Shown here: positions 9,971 through 18,233 of the stretch, piece by piece
Numbering within the stretch: position 1 is the first letter of the stretch
Layout of the letters: every line of letters starts with the position of its first letter
Assembly (NCBI GenBank): GCA_039798785.1
Contig: JBDKFG010000029.1
Location: 1-64,000, forward strand
Reading direction: 5' to 3'
DNA length: 64,000 nucleotides
Origin: Verrucomicrobiota bacterium
GTDB lineage: Bacteria; Verrucomicrobiota; Lentisphaeria; Lentisphaerales; Lentisphaeraceae
Program-made: the position numbers and the translations under genes
The notes under the pieces: generated by a model
What the model was told of the DNA's origin: nothing
Database searches by the model: none
The model's input: only the letters and a program-made list of their open reading frames with translations

Positions 9971-10288
9971 ATGCGCAACCAACTGACTCGCGGCGAGACG
10001 CGCCGCGTCATGTACATCGAAAACAAGAACGGCCACCTCGACGGTGCCGCGGCGCGCATCGGTTGGGTGGATTTCTCCAAGACCGGTCGCACGGTGTATT
10101 ACCGGGGGCGTTCGCTACAGGCGTCGCAAGGCATCAGCGGCAACTTCTGCGATGTCGATAGCGGCGAGGAATTTTGGGTCTCGGGAATCAAGAAGCGCGG
10201 CAGCAATGTCCATCCTTGTGAACGCGTCGAGGTCATCATCGACGACGACGCGGCGGAAGAATATCTCCGTTTGAAGAGGGCATTCTGA
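9971..10288 (+). CDS. Small conserved hypothetical protein
   Basis: 105-aa ORF with GGAG RBS. Motifs MYIENK...ARIGWVxFSKTGRTVYY...GN...SGEEFWVSG; resembles a widespread small family of unknown function. Confidence 0.75.
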   Translation: MRNQLTRGETRRVMYIENKNGHLDGAAARIGWVDFSKTGRTVYYRGRSLQASQGISGNFCDVDSGEEFWVSGIKKRGSNVHPCERVEVIIDDDAAEEYLRLKRAF

Positions 10289-10294
10289 GGGGTT

Positions 10295-10906
10295 TCAAGG
10301 CTTTTCGTTGATGAGGATTTCCAGTGCCTTTTCGAGGTTTCCTGCCTTCTCGACATTGAGGCCGGCGGAACGCAGGGTGCCCTTGCCGTCGATGAGGCTG
10401 ACAAAGGGGTAGAAGGGAAGTTTGAAGTCGCGGCACAAGCTGCTGCGGATTGCCGACTTGTCGGGGCTGAAGAGCATCAGGGAACTGCGATCGGCGACCA
10501 GCTTGGTCCAGGCGGCTTCGTCGCCGCTGACGCAAATCGACAGGAAGACCACCTTGTCGCCGAACTTCTTCTGCAGCTCGTCATTGTGCGGCAGAAGGCG
10601 CTTGCATGGGCCGCACCAAGTGGCGAACAGGTCGACGACGACGATCTTGCCTTTGAGGTCGACGGGGGCTTTCTGCCCGTCCTTCAGTTTCAATTTCGAG
10701 AAGTCGATCGCAGGCATCGGCTTGTTCTCGAGTTCGTAATAGGCCTGCGGCTTCTTCTTGGCGTCGTAGTAAAGCTCTGCCGGGATAATGCTCTCAGGAA
10801 TGCTGACGGGGGCTTTGGTTTGGGCAGGTGCCGGGGCAGGCGTCTCTGCAGACGACAGAGCAAGGCTCAGTGAAAGCAAGACGCAGCTAACGAGGATTCG
10901 CTTCAT
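10295..10906 (-). CDS. Exported TlpA-like thioredoxin/redoxin
   Basis: Signal peptide MKRILVSCVLLSLSLA; LKGKIVVVDLFATWCGPC; YPFVSLIDGKG. Confidence 0.88.
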   Translation of the reverse strand: MKRILVSCVLLSLSLALSSAETPAPAPAQTKAPVSIPESIIPAELYYDAKKKPQAYYELENKPMPAIDFSKLKLKDGQKAPVDLKGKIVVVDLFATWCGPCKRLLPHNDELQKKFGDKVVFLSICVSGDEAAWTKLVADRSSLMLFSPDKSAIRSSLCRDFKLPFYPFVSLIDGKGTLRSAGLNVEKAGNLEKALEILINEKP

Positions 10907-11008
10907 GGCAGTCTCCGGGTTTTGGGGGTGGCTAATCAAGTATTGAGTCGCTTCACGGATTCTTACAGAGAGATTGAAAAAAAATCGAGCCACACCGGCG
11001 TACTCATA

Positions 11009-12040
11009 TCAGTACCGCAGCAGCGCCTTGATCACCTGGCGTCCAGCGACGGCCTCAAGGGCGGCGGCGATGTTGGAGATGGGGAATTCATGGGTGATGA
11101 AGTCGGCGGCGCTGAGTTTCCCCTGGCGGATCCAGTCGCACAAGGGGCCTTGCGCAGCGCGCTCCTCGGCGCGGGTCGGCCATTGGTGGATGAGAAGGTT
11201 GAAGTTGTAGGGCGCCTTGTCCTTGACCAGACTTAATGCTGGCTGGGAGAGGACGCCGTAGACGCAGATCGAACCGCCCATTTTGATCTGGCCGAGGGCG
11301 GCGTTGATGATCTGCTCGCTGCCGACGGCGTCGATGACGGCGTCGAACTTGCGCCGGGCGCAAAGCTCGGCGAGCTCGGGGGAGCCCGGGCTGAGGACGG
11401 CGTCGGCGCCGAGAGCGAGGGCGCGCTCGCGCTTGCCGGGATTGCGGTCGACCAAGATGATGCGGCCGAGGCCGAGAAGGCGGGCGAATTTGACGAAGCT
11501 GAGGCCGACGGCGCCGCCGCCGTGGATCAGCAGGTCCATGCCGGGCTTGAGATGGAAGTCGGCGAAGGCGCCGTAGACCTCGCGCCAGGTGCACAGGAGG
11601 ACCGCTTCAGGCACCCGGATGTCGGGGTCGACGCGGGTCTGGATCTCGTAACACTCGAACCAGCCGTGTTCGGCATCGGCGACGCCATCGGCCTTCATCG
11701 CTTCGTGGTCGGCGGCAAGGGTGCACTCGCAGAAACCTCCCCAACCGCTGCCGACGCCACTGTCGCCGAAGTTGAAGACCAGTCCGCCGACGACACGGTC
11801 GCCGAGCTTGAAATGGCGCACCTTGTCGCCGACCTGGGTGACAATGCCGACCGACTCATGACCGAGGGCGAGCGGGTATTGCTCGACCCCTGGGAACTTG
11901 CCGACGACGAGCTTGCTGTCGGTGGCGTTGCAAAGGCAGGCGGCCTCGGTCCTGACCAGGGCTTGATAGGGACCGGGAACCGGGACCGGGAGATCGCGTA
12001 TTTCGACTTTTCCGGGGGAAGTGACGACGACGGCTTTCAT
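11009..12040 (-). CDS. Zinc-binding (MDR) alcohol/polyol dehydrogenase
   Basis: MKAVVV, LCNATD, LGHESVG, GDRV, GGGAVG, DAVG, ITHEF; lacks the four-Cys structural zinc lobe. Confidence 0.9.
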   Translation of the reverse strand: MKAVVVTSPGKVEIRDLPVPVPGPYQALVRTEAACLCNATDSKLVVGKFPGVEQYPLALGHESVGIVTQVGDKVRHFKLGDRVVGGLVFNFGDSGVGSGWGGFCECTLAADHEAMKADGVADAEHGWFECYEIQTRVDPDIRVPEAVLLCTWREVYGAFADFHLKPGMDLLIHGGGAVGLSFVKFARLLGLGRIILVDRNPGKRERALALGADAVLSPGSPELAELCARRKFDAVIDAVGSEQIINAALGQIKMGGSICVYGVLSQPALSLVKDKAPYNFNLLIHQWPTRAEERAAQGPLCDWIRQGKLSAADFITHEFPISNIAAALEAVAGRQVIKALLRY

Positions 12041-12053
12041 AGGGGGGAATCTC

Positions 12054-12118
12054 CTTAAAATCTGGAATTTTGAATCTTGAATTGTGCTGGTGTTCTCTGG
12101 AATTTTGAATTTTGAATC
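12054..12118. repeat. Short tandem TT(T/C)TGAA repeats
   Basis: aaaatctggaattttgaatcttgaatt...tctggaattttgaattttgaatc in the gap between the membrane gene and the dehydrogenase. Confidence 0.65.
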
Positions 12119-12122
12119 CCCG

Positions 12123-12644
12123 TCAGGGGTGCCTCGGCACGGCTTCGGGCCAGCCGAAGAGCTCGGCGCCGGTGTAGCCGACGAGGCCGGCGAGGGCGCC
12201 GCCGAAGAGGCCGCCGAGGATGACGAGGGCGATGCGGGGGAGGGATTCGGCGAAGAGACGTTTGCGTTCGGCGACGGGAGTTTCACAGAGGCCGCAGACC
12301 CAGATGCCCATGGCGACGGCCCAGCCCATGTCGATCCACGGCGCGCCGCCGTGGCCGCCTTGCTGGATCAGGCCGAACTGGATGGTGTCGCCGCCGGCGG
12401 ATTTCATCAGCTCGGGATGGATGCCGAAGCCGGGGAGCTTGTGGTTCATCACCCAGAAGGTGCCGATGATGATCGCGGCGCTGAGCATGCCGCCGAGCGG
12501 GCCGAGATCCTGCACCAGGCGGCCCCAGCAGAGGATGACGGTGAAGCTGACGCAGAAGGAGCCGAAGATCGTCGTCAGGATGGCGGCGTTGTACAGGCCC
12601 AGCGAGCTGTTGTAGGTGCCGAGCCAGTGTGCGAGTTCGTGCAT
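12123..12644 (-). CDS. Small membrane protein, Lin0368-like putative polyol/glycerol transporter subunit
   Basis: Four hydrophobic segments; WGRLV...GG...IIIGTFWVMNH...APWIDMGWAV...LGGLFGG pattern; paralog of the adjacent gene. Confidence 0.7.
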   Translation of the reverse strand: MHELAHWLGTYNSSLGLYNAAILTTIFGSFCVSFTVILCWGRLVQDLGPLGGMLSAAIIIGTFWVMNHKLPGFGIHPELMKSAGGDTIQFGLIQQGGHGGAPWIDMGWAVAMGIWVCGLCETPVAERKRLFAESLPRIALVILGGLFGGALAGLVGYTGAELFGWPEAVPRHP

Positions 12645-12646
12645 GG

Positions 12647-13024
12647 TCAGTCCTCCTTTTTACCGGCAGACGGCAGATGTTTTTTGACCTGGTAGGCGAA
12701 GAGGCCGCCGAGGGTGCCGCCGATGAGGCAGAGGCCGAGTGTCGGCAGACAGGCGGCAAAGGCGTCGAGGCCGCCCTGCCAGCGCACCAGCGCCCAGGCG
12801 ATGCCCGCGGCGCCGACGGCCCAGCCCTGGTCGACCCAGAGCCGGCCTGCGGGATTGTCGATGACGCCGAGCCAGTGGTTCATGTACCAGCAGATGCTGA
12901 TCACCACCGCCGCCGTCATCCAGCCGCCGAAGATGCCGTAGGTCTTCCACATCTCCGGCCAGACCGAGAAGACCAGCGCGCCGCAGATCGCCGCGCCGGT
13001 GAGCGTGCCGAGGCGGCGGCTCAT
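12647..13024 (-). CDS. Small membrane protein, Lin0368-like putative polyol/glycerol transporter subunit
   Basis: VWPEMW..YGIFGGW...WYMNH..G.I.NP...WVDQG...PT...IGGTLGG. Start MSRRLG overlaps the upstream stop. Confidence 0.7.
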   Translation of the reverse strand: MSRRLGTLTGAAICGALVFSVWPEMWKTYGIFGGWMTAAVVISICWYMNHWLGVIDNPAGRLWVDQGWAVGAAGIAWALVRWQGGLDAFAACLPTLGLCLIGGTLGGLFAYQVKKHLPSAGKKED

Positions 13025-14094
13025 TTTGCGTCTCCCGCAGGCAGGCGGAGGCTGGTCAGGGTGCTGGGCAGATCGTGCTTGCTGTTGACCTTGTCGGGAC
13101 CGGTGACGCAGTCGAAGCAGCTGAGCACGAGACGGCCGTTCCACAGGATCGGCTCGCCCGGCTGGTCGAGACCGCCGTCGGAGCCGTCACCGTCGGGGCT
13201 TTTGGCGAGGCGGCGGATGCTGCCGTCGGGCGACACCATGGCGACCGCATTTTCCGAGAAATCGGCGACGAAGATGCGGTCCTGTTCGTCGATGCAGATG
13301 CCGTCGGTGGTGCGGAGCTGACCGGGATTCTTGGCCCAGATCTCGTTGTTAAGCACCTCGGCGTTTTTGCCGAAGCTGATGCGGTGCAGGGTGCCGTCGC
13401 CGAAGTTGCCGACGAAGAGGTGTCCGGCCTTGTCGAAGACCAGTCCGTCGGCTCCGTATTGGCAGTCGCGGTTCTGGGTGACGAAGGTGCAGATCAGCTG
13501 TGTGTCGGCCCGAGTGTTGGTGACCACGAGGTCATGGTCGTCGAGATCGAAGCGATAGACGCCGCTGACCAGCAGGCCCGAGGGGTCCTTGATGTCGGGC
13601 AAGAGGCTCTGGGTGACGTAGATCTTGCCATCGCGGATGCGGACGCCGTTGGGGTGTTCGAGGTGGCTGGCGACGACGGTGGTTTTGACCACGCGGTCAC
13701 CTTCGATTTTGAGGCGCAGCAATCGTCCCTGGCTCTTGCCGGCGCTGCTGCCTTTCCAGCCCTGGTTGTCGCAGATGTAGAAGTCCCCGTCGGGCCCTTG
13801 TTCGATGCCCATCGGGCAGGCGAGGCCGGTGCTGGCGAGGACCGGCACTTCGACCCATTTGCGGACTTCGCCATTGGCCTTGACCCGCAGCAGGCAGGCC
13901 GGCTGGCTCTGATCGGCGTAGTTGGGACAGGTGACGATCAGGTCGCCGCTGTTGCGGTCGACGCACATGCCGTCCGGCGTCGGCGCGCTGGCCGGCAGGA
14001 TGGCCACAAGCTTGGGCTTGTCGAGCTCGCCCTCACCGCTTGGAGCGGCGGTGTTGAGGCTCAGGAAAAGACTTGCGGCTAGGGAAATAAGCAT
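13021..14094 (-). CDS. Exported SMP-30/gluconolactonase-family beta-propeller protein
   Basis: Signal peptide; repeated blade motifs PDGM, PMGI, PNGV, ADGL, TDGI, PGEP. Confidence 0.8.
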   Translation of the reverse strand: MLISLAASLFLSLNTAAPSGEGELDKPKLVAILPASAPTPDGMCVDRNSGDLIVTCPNYADQSQPACLLRVKANGEVRKWVEVPVLASTGLACPMGIEQGPDGDFYICDNQGWKGSSAGKSQGRLLRLKIEGDRVVKTTVVASHLEHPNGVRIRDGKIYVTQSLLPDIKDPSGLLVSGVYRFDLDDHDLVVTNTRADTQLICTFVTQNRDCQYGADGLVFDKAGHLFVGNFGDGTLHRISFGKNAEVLNNEIWAKNPGQLRTTDGICIDEQDRIFVADFSENAVAMVSPDGSIRRLAKSPDGDGSDGGLDQPGEPILWNGRLVLSCFDCVTGPDKVNSKHDLPSTLTSLRLPAGDAK

Positions 14095-14176
14095 CTGGGG
14101 ACTCCTCGGTTTCGACGACTTTTTGCCGTCACACGCCGAGATAGATAGCGTCGAATTGCTTCCCGTTCCGGGATTT

Positions 14177-14211
14177 AATCTAGATCGCGATGAGTTTCTA
14201 AATATAGAATT
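14177..14211 (-). promoter_or_regulatory. Conserved promoter/operator copy 2, containing the palindrome TTCTA-AATA-TAGAA (14196-14209)
   Basis: 31/35 identical to 9776-9810; about 83 bp upstream of the 14094 start, in a divergent AT-rich intergenic region. Confidence 0.7.
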
Positions 14212-14361
14212 ATGGTTTCGACAATGCCGAAATGGGATTCATAATTTGATATTTAAAATCGAGTTGATTTCAATCGAACTCTACGGAACTAAGCATTCTG
14301 GTTCATCTCTATCTGCCATTACCGCTCGCTAAATCACCAACAAAGAATCTCGAGGTTCATC

Positions 14362-16731
14362 ATGAATTACCTAATGGCAGGAGCCGTCATTCTTCATGCC
14401 TTCATTCTGCAGGGGAGGTCTGATGAGAAAAAATCAGATCCGGTCGAATACAACAAAGACATCAGGCCGATCTTCCAGGAGACTTGTTTTCAATGCCACG
14501 GTACAGATGCGGCAAAAGCCAAAGGAGAACTCCAGCTGGACAGCTTGGCTCACGCGACAAAGAAGAACTCTGAAGGTCGGCAAGCCATCGTCCCCGGCGA
14601 TCCCGATCAATCACTCCTTATCGAGCGCATTTTTTCTTCTGACAAGGAAGAGATCATGCCGCCGCTCAAGATTCATAAAAATCTGACGGATGCACAAAAA
14701 TCAAAACTCAAGAGCTGGATATCGCAAGGGGCCCATTATCAAGAGCACTGGGCTTACCTGGCTCCTAGGCACTCTCCGATTCCCGAGCATGTGCAACCGG
14801 AATTCTGGGCGAACAACATCATTGATGCTTGGATCGCAAAGCAGCTCAATGAAAATGGCTTGAGGCCTAATGACGAGGCAGACAGATATAGCTTGATCCG
14901 CCGTGCCTCGTTGGATCTTCTCGGACTTCTTCCCAGTCCTGAAGAGATCCATTCCTTCGTCAAGGACCCCGATCCTCAGGCCTATGAAAAGCTCATCGAC
15001 CGCCTGCTGGCATCACCTCGCTACGGAGAGGAGATGGCACGTCAATGGCTCGACCTGGCCCGCTACGGGGACACGCATGGTATCCACATCGACAACCATC
15101 GCTCGATCTGGCCTTATCGCGACTGGGTGATCAAGGCTTTCAACGCCAATCAGCCCTACGACCAGTTCTCCATCGAGCAGCTGGCGGGCGACCTGCTGCC
15201 GAACCCGACCCAGGACCAGCTCGTCGCCACCGGCTATCTGCGCTGCAATCCGACGACCAGCGAGGGCGGCGCGATCGCCGAGGAATATCAAGCCATTTAC
15301 GACCGCGACCGCGTCATAGCCTTCTCCAGCGCCTGGCTCGGCGTCACCATGGGCTGCGCATCCTGCCACGACCACAAATTCGATCCTGTGACGCAGCGCG
15401 ATTTCTACCAGCTCAGCGCCTACTTCCGCAACATCGATACTCCAGCGATGGATGGAAACCTGGAAAACACCCCGCCCTCCTTGAGACTGACTGATGATCG
15501 CGATGCCTTGAACCGGTTGGAAGCGGAATTGGCTCAGTCGCAAAAAGAAGTCGATGCCTTGAGAAAGCAGGGGGGCAAGGAGCTTGAGGTCACCGCCCTC
15601 GAAAAGCGGCTTCAGGACTTGAGGCAAAGACTCCGCAGCTATCCCGAGACCCTGATCGCCCGGGAGCGCAAGCAGCGGGCCTTCGCACATGTGCTCGACC
15701 GTGGCCAGTACAACCAGAAGAAAGACATGGTGTTCCCCTCCGTCCCCGCCGCCTTCGGTGTGCCGCTGCCCAAGGACGCCAGGGAGGACCGCCTGGCCTT
15801 GGCCCGCTGGCTCTTCGACCCCCGCCATCCCATGACCGCGCGTCTGCAGGTGAACCGGCTTTGGCAGAAGATGTTTGGCCAGGGCTTGGTCGCGACTGCC
15901 GCGGACTTCGGCAACACCGGCGAAGCGCCCAGCCATCCCGAGCTCCTCGACGCCCTCGCCTTGCAGTTCCGCGACAGCGGCTGGGACGTCAAGGCGATGC
16001 TGCGTGCAATGGCCTTGAGCCGCAGCTACCGCCAGTCCGCCGCCGCCTCGTCTCAAGCCCTGAGACTCGATCCCCGCAACCGCCTGCTGTCGCGGGGGCC
16101 GCGTCACCGCCTCGATGCGGAAGTGCTGCGCGATGTGGCCTTGCAGAGTTCCGGTCTACTGGTCGAGAAGCTGGGCGGCCCCTCGGTCAAGCCTTACCAG
16201 CCCGCGGGCCTGTGGGAGCCTGCCTCCCTGCCCGTGAGCAACACCCGCGTCTACGTGCAGGATCACGGCGAGAAGCTCTATCGCCGCAGCCTCTACACCT
16301 ACATCAAGCGCGGTTGCCCGCCGCCGACGATGATCACCTTCAACGCCACCTCGCGGGAATCGCCCTGCGCCTGCCGCGAGCGGACCAACACCCCCCTCCA
16401 GGCCCTCGTCTCCCTCAACGATCCACAGTTCGTCGAAGCCGCGCGGAAGCTCGCCGAGCGCTGCCTGGCGATGCCCGGCTCCCGGGAGGAGCGTCTGGGC
16501 GCCGCCTACCTGATCGTGACGAGCAGAAAGATTGACGACGGACGCCTCGACGTGCTGAAAAGCGCCCTCGCCGACTTCTCCCGCCACTTCGAGAAGGACA
16601 AGAGCCAGGCCGCCGCGCTGCTGGCCGTCGGCGAAGCCCCGCGCGACAGCCGCTTCGAAGCCGCCGAACTCGCCGCATGGACGGCCATCGCCTCGATGAT
16701 CCTCAACCTCGACGAATCCCTCAGCAACTGA
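14362..16731 (+). CDS. Planctomycete cytochrome c / DUF1549 / DUF1553 (PSD1) domain protein
   Basis: YNKDIRPI..CFQCHG, HWAY, LIRRASLDL.GL.P, YGE..AR.WLDLARYGD, CASCHDHKFDP, VNRLWQ, PSHPELLD, RRSLY, TNTPLQAL. Confidence 0.95.
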   Translation: MNYLMAGAVILHAFILQGRSDEKKSDPVEYNKDIRPIFQETCFQCHGTDAAKAKGELQLDSLAHATKKNSEGRQAIVPGDPDQSLLIERIFSSDKEEIMPPLKIHKNLTDAQKSKLKSWISQGAHYQEHWAYLAPRHSPIPEHVQPEFWANNIIDAWIAKQLNENGLRPNDEADRYSLIRRASLDLLGLLPSPEEIHSFVKDPDPQAYEKLIDRLLASPRYGEEMARQWLDLARYGDTHGIHIDNHRSIWPYRDWVIKAFNANQPYDQFSIEQLAGDLLPNPTQDQLVATGYLRCNPTTSEGGAIAEEYQAIYDRDRVIAFSSAWLGVTMGCASCHDHKFDPVTQRDFYQLSAYFRNIDTPAMDGNLENTPPSLRLTDDRDALNRLEAELAQSQKEVDALRKQGGKELEVTALEKRLQDLRQRLRSYPETLIARERKQRAFAHVLDRGQYNQKKDMVFPSVPAAFGVPLPKDAREDRLALARWLFDPRHPMTARLQVNRLWQKMFGQGLVATAADFGNTGEAPSHPELLDALALQFRDSGWDVKAMLRAMALSRSYRQSAAASSQALRLDPRNRLLSRGPRHRLDAEVLRDVALQSSGLLVEKLGGPSVKPYQPAGLWEPASLPVSNTRVYVQDHGEKLYRRSLYTYIKRGCPPPTMITFNATSRESPCACRERTNTPLQALVSLNDPQFVEAARKLAERCLAMPGSREERLGAAYLIVTSRKIDDGRLDVLKSALADFSRHFEKDKSQAAALLAVGEAPRDSRFEAAELAAWTAIASMILNLDESLSN

Positions 16732-16747
16732 CCGGAGGACACAGAAC

Positions 16748-18157
16748 ATGTTCACCCTCAACCGCAGAAGCCTGATCGCAGGCGCCCTGGGCTCGCAGCT
16801 CCTCTCCTGTGCCAGTTCCCATCTCGGCAACGGCGCCGCCATCCGCCTGGACCACCCTGCGAAGGCGAAACGCCTGATCTACCTCTCGATGGTCGGAGGA
16901 CCGTCTCAGATCGATCTTCTCGACCCCAAGCCGGGCCTTGGCAGGCTGTTCAACACCGACTTGCCGGAGTCCACCCGCAAAGGGCAAAGATTGACCGGCA
17001 TGACCGCGGGTCAGGCGCGCTTCCCCATCGCTCCCTCGAAGTTCCAATTCTCCCGCTCCGGGAAATCCGGACTCGAGCTCTCCGAGCTGGTCCCGCATTG
17101 GTCGCGCATGGCCGATGAGATGTGCATCATCCGGACCATGTACACCGAAGCGATCAACCACGAACCCGCGATGCAGTACATGTACACCGGGAACATGAAC
17201 GCCGGCCTGCCCAGCATCGGCGCCTGGCTCTCCCACGGCCTGGGGACGATGAATCCCGATCTGCCGACCTTCGCCGTCCTCAGCGCTCAGCACACCTTGA
17301 CTGCCCCGATGAACGTCCAGGCGGTGCCCTCCAGGCTCTGGGGATCGGGCTTTCTCGCCGGGGAAAACGCCGGTGTCAGCTTCCGCTCGGGAGCCAATCC
17401 GGTCCTCTACCTCAACAACCCGCCAGGCATCGATCCGGCCTTGCGCCGCCGCATGCTCGACGGCATCGGCGAGATCAACGCACGCACCTTGAAGGAATTC
17501 GCCGACGTCGAGACGCGGGTCCGCAGCAGCCAGTACGAAATGGCCTACCGGATGCAGTCCTCCGTGCCGGAACTCGTCGATCTCTCCAAGGAGCCCGAGC
17601 ACATCCTCGATCTCTATGGCCCCGATGTCAAAAAACCCGGCTCCTTCGCCGCTTCCGCTCTCCTGGCGCGTCGCCTGGTCGAACGCGGCACGCGAGTCGT
17701 CCAGATCTTCCACAACGGCTGGGACCAGCACAGAAACCTCCCCGTAGAACTCAAGTCCCAGTGCCAAGATGTCGATCAGGCCTGCTACGCCCTGGTGGCC
17801 GACCTCAAGCAGAGAGGCCTGCTGGACGACACCATCGTCCTCTGGGGCGGCGAGTTCGGTCGCACCGTCTACTGCCAGGGCGCCTTGTCGCAGTCGGATT
17901 ACGGACGCGATCACCACCCCCGCTGCTTCTCCATGTGGGCTGCGGGAGGCGGATTCAAACCCGGATCCTGCTACGGCAAGACCGATGACTTCTCCTACAA
18001 CATCGACGAGAACGGCGTCCACATCCGCGATCTCCACGCCACGATCCTCCACCTGTTCGGCATCGACCACTCCCGCTTCACCGTCAAAAACCAGGGACTG
18101 GACACCCGGTTGACGGGAGTCGAGGAAGCTCATGTCGTGAAGGGGGTCCTGGCCTGA
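16748..18157 (+). CDS. DUF1501 domain protein (probable Tat substrate)
   Basis: N-terminal NRRSLI; AKRLIYL.M.GGPSQIDL.DPKP; LLARRLVERG; GWDQH; WGGEFGRT; GRDHH. Confidence 0.95.
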   Translation: MFTLNRRSLIAGALGSQLLSCASSHLGNGAAIRLDHPAKAKRLIYLSMVGGPSQIDLLDPKPGLGRLFNTDLPESTRKGQRLTGMTAGQARFPIAPSKFQFSRSGKSGLELSELVPHWSRMADEMCIIRTMYTEAINHEPAMQYMYTGNMNAGLPSIGAWLSHGLGTMNPDLPTFAVLSAQHTLTAPMNVQAVPSRLWGSGFLAGENAGVSFRSGANPVLYLNNPPGIDPALRRRMLDGIGEINARTLKEFADVETRVRSSQYEMAYRMQSSVPELVDLSKEPEHILDLYGPDVKKPGSFAASALLARRLVERGTRVVQIFHNGWDQHRNLPVELKSQCQDVDQACYALVADLKQRGLLDDTIVLWGGEFGRTVYCQGALSQSDYGRDHHPRCFSMWAAGGGFKPGSCYGKTDDFSYNIDENGVHIRDLHATILHLFGIDHSRFTVKNQGLDTRLTGVEEAHVVKGVLA

Positions 18158-18233
18158 CGCTTACCATTTGGTTTTCTGTAAGATCCGGGCGATTTCTTTC
18201 AATAGATGATAAGCATGAACGGGGGGGGGGACT

